Assembly (NCBI GenBank): GCA_039586795.1
Contig: JBDHJS010000015.1
Location: 64,001 to 128,000 of the forward strand
Source: Gemmatimonadota bacterium
GTDB lineage: Bacteria > Gemmatimonadota > Gemmatimonadetes > Palauibacterales > KS3-K002
DNA length: 64,000 nucleotides
Direction: 5' to 3'
The notes beneath the pieces were generated by a model. It did not search any database. It was not told the origin of the DNA and saw nothing but the letters and a program-made list of their open reading frames with translations. Every line of letters begins with the position of its first letter. Positions within the stretch are counted from its first letter, which is position 1. This document shows, piece after piece, positions 48,512 through 58,061 of this stretch. A program made the position numbers and the translations under genes.

Positions 48512-49812
48512 TGATACTAGCGCTGATTGCGTTGTTGCAGATCGCGGCCACGGATCCCGGGCCAGCGGTCGTCGAAGACACGATACCGGAAGTAACGCTC
48601 GAGGAAGCGTTACAGGCGGCGGCGATGCTGAATCCCGACTACATCGCCGCGCTGGGCCAGATCGACAACGCCAAGTGGGGCCGTCGAGCCGCGATCGCGG
48701 TATTCGTGCTGCCAGCGGTTGCTGTTCAGACCTCACTGACGAAGGCAACGGATCCGTTCTTCAACATTGGAACGGGCGGTGTCTCGGCGCAGATCGTCGA
48801 TGCTCAACTGGTGGCCTCCTATGAGCTGTTCAGGGGAGGCAGCAAGTTCTTCGAGCTCAGTCGAACTCGTGCCGAACTCGAGAGCGCGCAGGCCAACGAA
48901 TTACAAGCACGTTTCGCGATGGCCGTTTTGACCGAGTCGGACTACTACAACGTGTTGGCCGAGAAGGAGCTTACACGCGTTGCTGGCGATCGCGTGCGGC
49001 GCGCCGAGCAGCAGCTTTCCGTCGCCCGGGCCAGGGTATTGGCCGGCGCCGCGGTTCAGACGGATTCGCTTCAGCTGCTTTTCGAACTCACGCGTGCGCG
49101 GGTCGATCTGCTGCGGCAAGAGACTCTGTTCCGCGTATCTCAGGTCCAGTTAGGGCGGCGAATTGGATACCCGGGTCCGGTCGACGCAGCGCCGCTCGAT
49201 ACGGCTCCCATGCCGGCGCTGCCGATCAGCGAAGATAGCGCAGTTGCCGAGGCGCTGGTCCAGGGCCCCGACTACCTCAGGGCGGTTGCTGACGAAAAGG
49301 CGGCGAGTGCGGCAGTGAAGACGGCACGGGCCAGATACCTTCCGTGGGTCAGCCTGTTCGGGTCGTGGCAGGCGTTCGACGAGAAGTTCTTCCCGAGCGC
49401 GACATCTCGGACGCTGTACGGTTTCCGGGTAGAGCTACCCGTCTGGAACAACGCGCAGCGTGAGATTGCGGCCACCCGGGCACGGGTGAATCGCGATGTC
49501 GCGCGGGCTGCCATGAGGGATACGGAATTCGCGGTGCGCCGCGATGTTATTCAGGCCTATCAGGCGTACAACACGGCTCGCGCTGCGGAGGAGTTGGCCC
49601 TGCAGGGTGTGGTCGTTGCGCGTGAGAATCTAACGGTGCAGGAGACACGATACAGGGCCGGCGCGACGACGATCCTTGATCTACTCACGGCGCAGGTGTC
49701 GCTGACAGAAGCGGAGGCAGCGGCGGTGCAGGCAAGATACGCGACGCTTCTGGCCCTGGCGGGCCTAGAGGCAATCTTGGGACGACGACTCTTCACCGAT
49801 CGAGGGTACTGA
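48511..49812 (+). CDS. TolC family outer-membrane efflux protein
   Basis: VTLEEAL..A...NP, two OEP repeats, RYRAGATTILDLL.AQ. Confidence 0.9.
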   Translation: MILALIALLQIAATDPGPAVVEDTIPEVTLEEALQAAAMLNPDYIAALGQIDNAKWGRRAAIAVFVLPAVAVQTSLTKATDPFFNIGTGGVSAQIVDAQLVASYELFRGGSKFFELSRTRAELESAQANELQARFAMAVLTESDYYNVLAEKELTRVAGDRVRRAEQQLSVARARVLAGAAVQTDSLQLLFELTRARVDLLRQETLFRVSQVQLGRRIGYPGPVDAAPLDTAPMPALPISEDSAVAEALVQGPDYLRAVADEKAASAAVKTARARYLPWVSLFGSWQAFDEKFFPSATSRTLYGFRVELPVWNNAQREIAATRARVNRDVARAAMRDTEFAVRRDVIQAYQAYNTARAAEELALQGVVVARENLTVQETRYRAGATTILDLLTAQVSLTEAEAAAVQARYATLLALAGLEAILGRRLFTDRGY

Positions 49813-49814
49813 GA

Positions 49815-50879
49815 GTGAAAGCTCGTGTTGTGATAGCAGAACTGCTCGCCGCCGCCATGGTGGCGTGCTCGGGAGCCGAGTCCAACAGTGGTGGCGCGGG
49901 CGAAGGCGGTGGACCGCCGCCGGGTATGCCCGCCGAGGTAGCCGTCGCTCTGCTGGACACTGTGGTCGATGCGATCTTCTTGACCGGCGGAATCGAAGCC
50001 ATGCAGTCAATCGAACTCCGGCCCGAGGTCGATGGCCGCCTTGTTGACATTCTGATCCGCGAAGGGGCTGAGGTTGGCGCCGGTACCGAGCTCTTCAAGG
50101 TCGACGATGCGGAGGTTCGTGCTCAAGTAACACGTTTGGAAGCCGAGCGTGACCTGGCGCTGCAGGCGCTCGAGCGCACGCGGGAGCTGATTGATCAGAA
50201 CGCGTCGTCCGAGGCAGATCTTGAACAAGCCGAGGCGAACTTTCGTGTGGCAGAAGCTCAGTTGGCGCTTCAACAGCTGCGTCTTGAAAGAACGACGGTG
50301 CGGGCGCCGTTTGCGGGGTTGGTCGGCGAGAGATTCGTTAGCCTTGGCGACTACGTGAGCACGTCGACGCGCCTCGTCACGCTGCAGACTGTCGATCCAC
50401 AGCGCGCTGTCTTTCAGGTGCCGGAGCGCTATGCCCACAAGCTTGATATCGGGCAAAGCGTAAGTTTCAGGGTAGCGGCGTTTCCAGACGTGGAGTTCGA
50501 AGGGATCGTCGATTTTGTTGACCCGCTGGTACAGCTTCCGGCAAGAACCATCCTGGTCAAAGCCGAAGTGCCGAACCGGCGCCGCGAGTTGAAGGCCGGG
50601 ATGTTCATCGAGGCGCGTCTGGCGACCGAGGTTCGACCCGATGCCGTTCTCATCCCGGAGGACGCGCTGCTGCCACTGCAAGGAGCGACCTTCGTTTGGG
50701 TGGTCACCGAAGAAGGGACGGCGACGAGGCGGCAGGTGGAGATCGGAGTGCGGGTGCCAGGCTTCGTGGAGATCCTGGCTGGCGTGACGGTCGGGGAGCA
50801 AGTCGTGGTCGGCGGGCTCGAGCGTCTATCGGAGGGTGTCCCGGTGATGGCCACCGTGGTCGAGCGCACGCCCGGTTGA
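49815..50879 (+). CDS. RND periplasmic adaptor (lipoprotein)
   Basis: Lipobox MVAC; ELRPEVDG, VRAPFAG and LKAGMF motifs. Confidence 0.92.
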   Translation: MKARVVIAELLAAAMVACSGAESNSGGAGEGGGPPPGMPAEVAVALLDTVVDAIFLTGGIEAMQSIELRPEVDGRLVDILIREGAEVGAGTELFKVDDAEVRAQVTRLEAERDLALQALERTRELIDQNASSEADLEQAEANFRVAEAQLALQQLRLERTTVRAPFAGLVGERFVSLGDYVSTSTRLVTLQTVDPQRAVFQVPERYAHKLDIGQSVSFRVAAFPDVEFEGIVDFVDPLVQLPARTILVKAEVPNRRRELKAGMFIEARLATEVRPDAVLIPEDALLPLQGATFVWVVTEEGTATRRQVEIGVRVPGFVEILAGVTVGEQVVVGGLERLSEGVPVMATVVERTPG

Positions 50880-50915
50880 GTGGTCGGCGGCCGGTCTCGT
50901 GGAAAGGATACAAGT

Positions 50916-51809
50916 ATGTACGCCGTAGTTGGAGCGACCGGAAACACCGGAAGAGCTGTCGCCGAAGCGCTGCTGGCAGCGGGGAAGGATGTCACCGTAA
51001 TCGGACGCAGCGAGAAGCGGCTGAAGTCGCTGGTGGACAAGGGCGCGGAAGCGTACCTGGGGTCGGTGGAGGACGCGCAGGCCATGTCTCTCGCGTTCTC
51101 CGGTGCCGTTGGCGTCTATTGCATGCTGCCGCTGCGCTACCATGCCGAGGACGTCCGCGCCTATCAAAGGATAGTAAGCGAGTCGCTGACTTCCGCCGTC
51201 CACGAAGCGGGAGTCCAGCACGTCATATTTCTGAGCAGTGTTGGCGCGCATCTGACGGAAGGGACGGGGCCGATCGCCGGTTTGAGGGAAGCGGAAGACC
51301 GGATGGGGAGCCTGAACAAAGTGAACGTGCTGAGTCTTCGTCCAGCCTGGTTCATGGAGAACTTCTATTTCAGCATGGAAATGATTCGCAGTATGGGCAT
51401 GGTTGGAACCCCGGTCGTGGGGAGCATGCCAATGCCGATGATCGCAACTCGCGATATCGGTGCGTACGCAGCCGAACGCCTTGTCGCCTTGGATTTCGAA
51501 GGACTGGCGACTCGAGAACTGCTGGGTGCACGTGATGTGTCACTCAACGAGGCGACCCGCGCCATCGGAGCGGCGATCGGGCAGGATGATCTTCAATACG
51601 TGCAGGTCCCGTTTGAAGACTTCAAGCAGGCATCGCTCGCGATGGGCATGAGCGAAGGAGCGGTGCGTGTGTTCACGGAGATGTACCACGCTTTCAACGA
51701 TGGGATCGTTGTCGCAGAAGAAGCGCGTTCGATAGACAATACGACGCCAACGACGATAGAGGTGTTTGCCGGGGCGTTCGCTGAAGCGTACGCAGCGGCT
51801 AGCGGCTGA
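50916..51809 (+). CDS. NmrA family NAD(P)-binding protein
   Basis: VVGATGNTG, LSSVGA, LRPAWFMEN and IATRDIG motifs. Confidence 0.9.
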   Translation: MYAVVGATGNTGRAVAEALLAAGKDVTVIGRSEKRLKSLVDKGAEAYLGSVEDAQAMSLAFSGAVGVYCMLPLRYHAEDVRAYQRIVSESLTSAVHEAGVQHVIFLSSVGAHLTEGTGPIAGLREAEDRMGSLNKVNVLSLRPAWFMENFYFSMEMIRSMGMVGTPVVGSMPMPMIATRDIGAYAAERLVALDFEGLATRELLGARDVSLNEATRAIGAAIGQDDLQYVQVPFEDFKQASLAMGMSEGAVRVFTEMYHAFNDGIVVAEEARSIDNTTPTTIEVFAGAFAEAYAAASG

Positions 51810-51895
51810 TCGTCGGCGTTCGCCGGAGATCAAACTGGCCCTCCAGCGCTAGAGCGCTGAAGCGCCAGCTCGTGAGGGGATGTCGGCGCGCGCGA

Positions 51896-52507
51896 CTAAC
51901 CGCGGGCGGCTGCGTAGCGATCAGCTACCGCTACCCAGTCAATTACGTTCCACCACGCAGCGATGTAGTCGGGTCGTCGATTCTGATACTTCAGATAGTA
52001 GGCATGCTCCCAGACATCGATTCCGAGTATCGGCGTGCGTCCTTCGAGCAGCGGGCTGTCCTGGTTCGGCGTGCTCTCGACGACCAGCTTGCCGGCATCC
52101 ACCGAGAGCCAGCCCCAGCCGCTACCGAATCGAGTGGCTGCCGCATTGCTCAGCTGCTCCTTGAGGCTAGCGAAACCGCCGAGATCGGCTTCGATAGCTT
52201 CTGCCAGGTTTCCGCTCGGCTCACCGCCACCGTTTGCGCTCATGATCGTCCAGAACAGAGAGTGATTGGCGTGGCCGCCGCCATTGTTACGGACAGCTCC
52301 CTTGATGTCGTCGGGCACTTCCTGGAACCGACGGAGTAAGTCCTCGACGCTGAGCTCGGCAAGCTGTGGGTGCTTCTCCAAGGCGCCATTTAGCTTGGCA
52401 ACGTAACCGGCGTGATGCTTGCCATGATGGATCTGCATCGTCTGCTGGTCGATATGAGGCTCAAGCGCGCTATGGTCGTAGGGCAGCGGGGGAAGCTCGT
52501 ATGCCAT
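51896..52507 (-). CDS. sodA: Superoxide dismutase, Mn-type
   Basis: [31 protein letters not shown] and DVWEHAYYL motifs. Confidence 0.95.
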   Translation of the reverse strand: MAYELPPLPYDHSALEPHIDQQTMQIHHGKHHAGYVAKLNGALEKHPQLAELSVEDLLRRFQEVPDDIKGAVRNNGGGHANHSLFWTIMSANGGGEPSGNLAEAIEADLGGFASLKEQLSNAAATRFGSGWGWLSVDAGKLVVESTPNQDSPLLEGRTPILGIDVWEHAYYLKYQNRRPDYIAAWWNVIDWVAVADRYAAARG

Positions 52508-52670
52508 TGAAAACCTCCTGATCAAGATTGGGGCGACTATTGCCAGTAATAGTGTGACATATTGTATAGCGACCCCGTATTGCGTCGCAATCAGCCCGCT
52601 TGCGTGGCTGCCGCGTCGCGGGTCATGTTGATGTTAGGAGGTCAAGACCACTCAACGCAACGAGGGTACA

Positions 52671-53036
52671 ATGCTTTTAGGTCTCAGAACCGTGGCATAC
52701 CAGGTGGAGGACCTCGATAGGGCTAAGGAGTGGTACTCGAAGGTCCTGGGCTTCGCTCCGTACTTCGATGAGCCGTTCTACGTTGGATTTAACGTTGGCG
52801 GCTTCGAGCTGGGGTTGCATCCCGCTGAGCAGGACACGCCACTTGGGGCCGGAGGGACCCTGGTCTACTGGGGAGTCGATGATATCGAGTCCGTGGTCAA
52901 GCGGCTCGAGGAGTTGGGCGCACCGATCCACAGCGAGATCCAGGACGTGGGCGATGGGATTCTGGTCGCCTCGGTGATCGATCCATTTGGTAACCTGCTG
53001 GGGATCATTCAGAATCCACACTTCAAGATCGAGTAA
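52671..53036 (+). CDS. VOC/glyoxalase family protein
   Basis: AKEWYS..LG..PYFDEPFYVGF, YWGV.D and DPFGN motifs. Confidence 0.9.
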   Translation: MLLGLRTVAYQVEDLDRAKEWYSKVLGFAPYFDEPFYVGFNVGGFELGLHPAEQDTPLGAGGTLVYWGVDDIESVVKRLEELGAPIHSEIQDVGDGILVASVIDPFGNLLGIIQNPHFKIE

Positions 53037-53053
53037 AGGGCGACGAAGCGCCG

Positions 53054-53704
53054 TTACGGCGTCCAGGTCCAGAAGGTAGGTCCGATCCGCAGGTTGTGAA
53101 GCCACTCCGCTGGCCACGATGCGCGCAAGAGCACCGCCAGCCAACCGTGGGAGATGGCCAGCGTCAGAAGGTTGGGGTTTCGATAGAACAGCAAACACCA
53201 GAAGAACCCTCCCACCGCAGTTACCAGAGCGAGCGCCAGATTCGGCCAATGCGCGACGCCGAAAAGGATCCCGGTTAGCGCGGCGGCAGTCAGCGCGTTG
53301 TTCGTCGAGGCTCGAAGCCTTCGGAAGGTGAACGACTGCATCGCGTATTGCTGTGCTAGCCCCCATAACGGATAGAGGAGGATCGCTTGCACAATTCCCG
53401 GGCGCGATGCCGGTGCCTGACCGACCAACAGACCGATTATCACCACGATGATCGCGCCGAGCAGTGTCGCCAACCCGACCTCCCTGGCTGAAACCGCCAG
53501 GTTATCGATTCGAAGTCCCAAATCTCGCCAGCGATCACCATGTAGAAACGCCGATGCGAACGGGATTAGTACGATGCCGGCCATAACCGGCACACGAATC
53601 CAGTCATTTCGAGTCGGCTGGATCACCCAGATATAGAGTAGCGCGAGTCCCACGAAGAGCAGCGGCTCCACAGCGTTCAGCAATCTCCTGTTGCTCGCAC
53701 TCAT
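53054..53704 (-). CDS. CPBP/CAAX-like intramembrane protease homolog
   Basis: Multi-TM; QQY..Q, F...HWPN and L.ISHG motifs (EE position read as QQ). Confidence 0.7.
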   Translation of the reverse strand: MSASNRRLLNAVEPLLFVGLALLYIWVIQPTRNDWIRVPVMAGIVLIPFASAFLHGDRWRDLGLRIDNLAVSAREVGLATLLGAIIVVIIGLLVGQAPASRPGIVQAILLYPLWGLAQQYAMQSFTFRRLRASTNNALTAAALTGILFGVAHWPNLALALVTAVGGFFWCLLFYRNPNLLTLAISHGWLAVLLRASWPAEWLHNLRIGPTFWTWTP

Positions 53705-53929
53705 CAGGTTGTTCTCTCCTGTCGACGCTATCTTGGGCTTCAGCTTGGCATGTGATCTGCGCATCAACTTAGATGGACAGCCACTAATAGTGTGTTATCG
53801 TGCCAGGGACGCAACGTTTCGGCGCGGCCGAATGTGTGGCATAGATCACACGTTTGCGGGAAGCTTGTCAAGGCGCTATATGTAATGGAAGCAATCACAG
53901 CGTATCCCCGCATCCCAGGAGTTCCCGCT

Positions 53930-54460
53930 ATGGAGCGACGTGATACACGTATCGGTTCGACTGACGCGCAGCCGTCGGTCCGAACGGCACCGTCTCATCT
54001 TCGATTCCGAACGGAAATGGAGCCGAGCGGTGATCCGATGCGTCGTCGCTGGCAGGCAGTCTACTCCTACGGCGAAGGCTGGGCGCGATTCACCATGGCG
54101 GTGAATCTGAATCGGGGAACTCTGACTCTGCACAGGACGCAAGATGCGGACTACGCCCCTATGCTGCGCCAGCTCATGGGCAAACCTAGCTCGGTCACAC
54201 CGATTCCCCCGGCCACACCCAAAGTGGAGTCGATGTCATTCGACATCGAGATTCTCGGCTACAAGATGACGAGGATCAACGCGGGAGATTTTCAGGCGGG
54301 CGGGCTGGGAGACTGGCTCGTGGTTCAAGCATACGTGCCGCGAAGTGCGGAGTCGTTCGTTCTAGGTGTGAATGATCGGCTCAACGCGGGTGAGATCGTG
54401 ATCAAGAGAACGCAGTCGGTACCTGCGGTACTGCACGTTCTTTCGCAGATCTTCGGCTAA
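53930..54460 (+). CDS. Hypothetical protein
   Basis: AGGAG RBS before MERRDT; globular-looking composition; no recognised family. Confidence 0.55.
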   Translation: MERRDTRIGSTDAQPSVRTAPSHLRFRTEMEPSGDPMRRRWQAVYSYGEGWARFTMAVNLNRGTLTLHRTQDADYAPMLRQLMGKPSSVTPIPPATPKVESMSFDIEILGYKMTRINAGDFQAGGLGDWLVVQAYVPRSAESFVLGVNDRLNAGEIVIKRTQSVPAVLHVLSQIFG

Positions 54461-54531
54461 CCCCGACACTCCACAATTTGAGAGTTGGATACCTGCCACG
54501 GCGGGCGTCGTCGCCCCTTACGCGAGAGTAA

Positions 54532-56094
54532 ATGATACGCCCCGAGATCCAGGAAGTCGCCGCTGTCTTTCGCGGCGAGCTGAGGTGGATGTTCGGGCCA
54601 TACCCATCGCTCATCCCTGAATCTGGCTGGCCGTCCGTAGGCATTCTCGATGCCCTTTGTAGTGGCATGCGCCGTCGTAGTGATTGGACGCAGGGCGAGA
54701 AGGTATTTGTGGCGGGTGCCGCGGCACATCTGGGTGAATTGGTCAACAGCTGTTGGCAGAGGTTCGCCACAGACGTTCGCGTCGAATTCGAGCAAGGAAT
54801 CATCTGTTCAGGCCGGACCTCCGACGGCACCTCGTACCGGTTGCATCTCGAGAACGGGATGCTCGCCACATTGAGGAATCCTGATCTCCCGCACTATATG
54901 CCAGAACAGCTGCCCCTGCGCCCTGCCAGCGGGCGGTACGCTCTGGAGCTCTTCGGGCTCGCCGCCTGCTTGGGAGTGAGCGCGGTCGGCGAGGGGGACT
55001 GGACCACGTTGCATGGCGACCGTCTTCGCGAGCGCGTCGATGCGGTGGTTCCTCTTCTGGCGGAGATGTGCGCTGCGTACTACGCCGGGCTGTATCCCGA
55101 AGAGCCGTTGGGTCGAAAACCCGACCTATATCAGCGGCTGATCTGGCCGCTAACGATGTGCGAAGGAGTGCGAGCCTACGAAGAAGCCGGCGCCAACCTT
55201 CTCTCCTACCTGGATGGCGCTCTGGCCGTGGTTCGGGGCGCGCTGCCGCTACTAAGGAACCTGGCCCGGTTTCCCAGCGGGACGGTGAGGGGCGCTGCTC
55301 TGACTTGTCTGGCCCTCGATGAGGGCGTCCCGGTGTCGGGCGAACTAGTGGAGATAGCAGCGCACCATTTCAGAGGACGAGCGGCGGCCTACCGTGAGGC
55401 AGCGATAGACCTCGCCGCCGACCGCGGCCGTAACATCGATTGGCTGAGTGGCGCTGTGAATGGTAAGGCTCGCTTCCGACACGAGCGCCAGCTTTCTCTG
55501 TTGCCGTTGGTTCGGGTTCCTTACGAGACGTGCGTCGATCCAGCCAACCGAGATCTGGTGGTTGCACTCGTGAAGGGCGAAGCCGAGAACGCGGCGATGC
55601 TTCTGGGGTCGCGGTTGCAGGAGGCTGGGCGCGCAGCAGACCTATTGTTCCAGCAAGCGATACTGCAGCGGGAGTTGGCCGAGCACGAGCATTCGGAGTC
55701 GCTGATGCAGGAGTTGGTGCGCCTCCATCCAGACGGCCTCGGCTGGGACTTCTACATGGAGGCCGGGATCGGTGCCCTGGAACTGAACCGACTTGACGAC
55801 GCGATCGCCCGGTTGGAGCGGGCGAGAGAGATGACAACCTCACGGTTTAAGGTCTCGTCTATTCTGGGCAGCGCGTACGCGAGAGCCGGTCGTCGGGAAG
55901 ACGCGGTTATTGCGTTCGGCGAGGCTATCTCTCAAGGCCAGTCGCCATCCGATGTGCTGGTTAGCCGGGCCGACGTGCAGCGAGAGTTGGGTGAACAGGA
56001 GGGTTACTCTCGCGACCTGGCAGCTGCCGCAGCGCTCTACCCTTTCAATCCACGAGTCGTCGAGCGCGTGATGGCGGGCTACGTGGAGGCCTAG
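54532..56094 (+). CDS. Hypothetical protein with C-terminal TPR repeats
   Basis: 520 aa; TPR-like LGSAYARAGRREDA and DAIARLERA helices. Confidence 0.7.
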   Translation: MIRPEIQEVAAVFRGELRWMFGPYPSLIPESGWPSVGILDALCSGMRRRSDWTQGEKVFVAGAAAHLGELVNSCWQRFATDVRVEFEQGIICSGRTSDGTSYRLHLENGMLATLRNPDLPHYMPEQLPLRPASGRYALELFGLAACLGVSAVGEGDWTTLHGDRLRERVDAVVPLLAEMCAAYYAGLYPEEPLGRKPDLYQRLIWPLTMCEGVRAYEEAGANLLSYLDGALAVVRGALPLLRNLARFPSGTVRGAALTCLALDEGVPVSGELVEIAAHHFRGRAAAYREAAIDLAADRGRNIDWLSGAVNGKARFRHERQLSLLPLVRVPYETCVDPANRDLVVALVKGEAENAAMLLGSRLQEAGRAADLLFQQAILQRELAEHEHSESLMQELVRLHPDGLGWDFYMEAGIGALELNRLDDAIARLERAREMTTSRFKVSSILGSAYARAGRREDAVIAFGEAISQGQSPSDVLVSRADVQRELGEQEGYSRDLAAAAALYPFNPRVVERVMAGYVEA

Positions 56095-56107
56095 GGAGTT
56101 TGCCCCA

Positions 56108-56335
56108 CTAAGGACGCCAACGGCCCGCCGTATAGCCTGCCGCAGTCACCCGGGAGACGACTTCTCTGAAACTCTCGCCAAGCGTGTGCGCAGCGGCGTC
56201 CAGCGAGTCGAAGGTGAGCGTTCGCTCGCTGTTTCCGTCGGGCGTGGAGTACGTTGCGACCACAACGACGTAGCCGTCGTCGCCAATGCTCCACTTCGCC
56301 CAGATGATGTCGTTGGTTTGGTTGCTGGCCGCCAT
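56108..56335 (-). CDS. Small hypothetical protein
   Basis: GGAGAGGA RBS before MAASNQ; beta-rich composition. Confidence 0.55.
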   Translation of the reverse strand: MAASNQTNDIIWAKWSIGDDGYVVVVATYSTPDGNSERTLTFDSLDAAAHTLGESFREVVSRVTAAGYTAGRWRP

Positions 56336-56483
56336 GGTCCTCTCCGGAATCGCGGGGAAGTTGATACGATGGCGTCGATTTGACCGGGCGTCCAGATCGG
56401 TGCGGTACGCTTTCGGGCGGGCAGTTTCGCTTGCTAAGTTCGCCGCGTTGAGGGAAGAAGGCTGATCAACGGGATCCCACAAG

Positions 56484-57164
56484 ATGAACGACAATGAAAT
56501 GGCCAGCGGTCTGCCTGCGTTGAGGACGGAGGGTCTGTCTCGAGCCGTCGACGGCAAGATCCTCGTCGACGGGGTTAGCGTGAGCATTGGCAGAGGAGAG
56601 GCGGTAGCGGTTAGCGGGCCGAGTGGAAGCGGAAAGACGTCGCTGCTGCGATTGCTCAATCGATTGGACGAGCCGACGTCCGGTTCCGTGTTTCTCGACG
56701 GAACGGACTACCGCGACCTGGAGCCGCGTGTCCTGCGCCGGCGCGTTGGGATGCTTGCGCAGCGGCCGTACCTGTTTCCAGGCAACGTGGCGGACAACGT
56801 GATGTACGGTCCTGCTGCGCACGGCGAGACGATGGAGCGCGCACGGATCGAGCAGTTGCTGGATCAGGTTGGAGTTTCTGGTTACGGCGACCGGGATGTG
56901 AAAGGCTTGTCGGGTGGAGAAGCTCAACGCGTGTCGCTGGCGCGCAGCCTGGCAGTAGAGCCGGAGATCTTGTTGTTGGACGAGCCGACCTCGGCACTCG
57001 ACGATGCGGCGCGGCTCGGAGTGGAGGAACTGGTGTGCAGGATCATCGAAAGTCAGGGTCTCACGTGTTTGATCGTGACTCACGATCGAGAGCAGGCGGC
57101 GCGCATGGCGCGACGCACGATCGAGATGGAGTCCGGCAAGATCATTGACGATGGAAGAGGTTAG
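56484..57164 (+). CDS. ABC ATP-binding protein (FetA/YbbL-like)
   Basis: GPSGSGKT, LSGGEAQR, LLLDEPTS, VTH; next to a FetB-like permease. Confidence 0.9.
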   Translation: MNDNEMASGLPALRTEGLSRAVDGKILVDGVSVSIGRGEAVAVSGPSGSGKTSLLRLLNRLDEPTSGSVFLDGTDYRDLEPRVLRRRVGMLAQRPYLFPGNVADNVMYGPAAHGETMERARIEQLLDQVGVSGYGDRDVKGLSGGEAQRVSLARSLAVEPEILLLDEPTSALDDAARLGVEELVCRIIESQGLTCLIVTHDREQAARMARRTIEMESGKIIDDGRG

Positions 57165-57173
57165 GAGAAGGCG

Positions 57174-57953
57174 ATGTTGGCCGGATTATTCGAGGGTGAG
57201 ATCGAGCTGGGGCTAGCGCAGGCCGTAGCTACTGTGATTCTGGCGCTGATTGTCGTGTACGCGGCGCGGCGTGGGCGTGTCCACCTGGAGCGCGAGACGT
57301 TGGTGGCTCTGGTGCGCGGCTTCATCCAGATCGTCGTGGCGGGCTCGATTCTGGTCTTCCTCTTCACGGGACCATCCTGGGTCAGCGCTTTCGTGCTGAC
57401 CGGAATGATGGTCGCGGCGGCAGCCACGGCATCGAGGCGAGCGAGTGGCGTGCCGGGAGCGTTCGTAATTTCACTGTATGGCATCGCGGGTGGAGCGGGT
57501 GCGGTGATCGGCGCGATGACGTGGATCGGTGCGATCGATGCGCGCATGGCCTCTCTGATTCCGGTCGGCAGCATGATCATCGCCTCCTCAATGAACTCGG
57601 GAGCTCTGGCGCTGGAGCGCATTCGCGCTGAGCTGACGGCGAACGTCGGGTCGATCGAGGCGGGCCTTTCGCTGGGAGCCGCACCGGCTCAGGTCAGCGA
57701 ACCGTACGTGCAACGCGCTGTGATGGCGGGAATGATTCCGCGGATCGATACTCTGCGGGCGCTAGGGATCGTCTGGATCCCGGGCCTAATGGCTGGGATG
57801 GTACTGGCGGGCAGCGACCCGGTGTACGCGGCGATCTATCAGTTCGTGGTTGTGGGAATGATCTATGCCTCGTCGGGATTCACGTCGCTGATCTGCACGC
57901 TACTCGTCCGCGGTCGCGCATACACGGCGGCAGATCAGCTCGTGATTCGGTGA
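57174..57953 (+). CDS. ABC permease (FetB/YbbM, UPF0014)
   Basis: R..IQ...G, LIP.GSMII..SMN, LSLGA, G.V.IPG.M.G..LAG and A.YQ motifs. Confidence 0.88.
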   Translation: MLAGLFEGEIELGLAQAVATVILALIVVYAARRGRVHLERETLVALVRGFIQIVVAGSILVFLFTGPSWVSAFVLTGMMVAAAATASRRASGVPGAFVISLYGIAGGAGAVIGAMTWIGAIDARMASLIPVGSMIIASSMNSGALALERIRAELTANVGSIEAGLSLGAAPAQVSEPYVQRAVMAGMIPRIDTLRALGIVWIPGLMAGMVLAGSDPVYAAIYQFVVVGMIYASSGFTSLICTLLVRGRAYTAADQLVIR

Positions 57954-58061
57954 TCTAGAGGTGTAGGGTGGTGGCTGGTGACGGGCGTCATCATCTTAAG
58001 GGCCGGCTCGATTCCGATAGGTAGGGCCGATAGCTCGATCCGATCATTACGGAGGGTTTGA

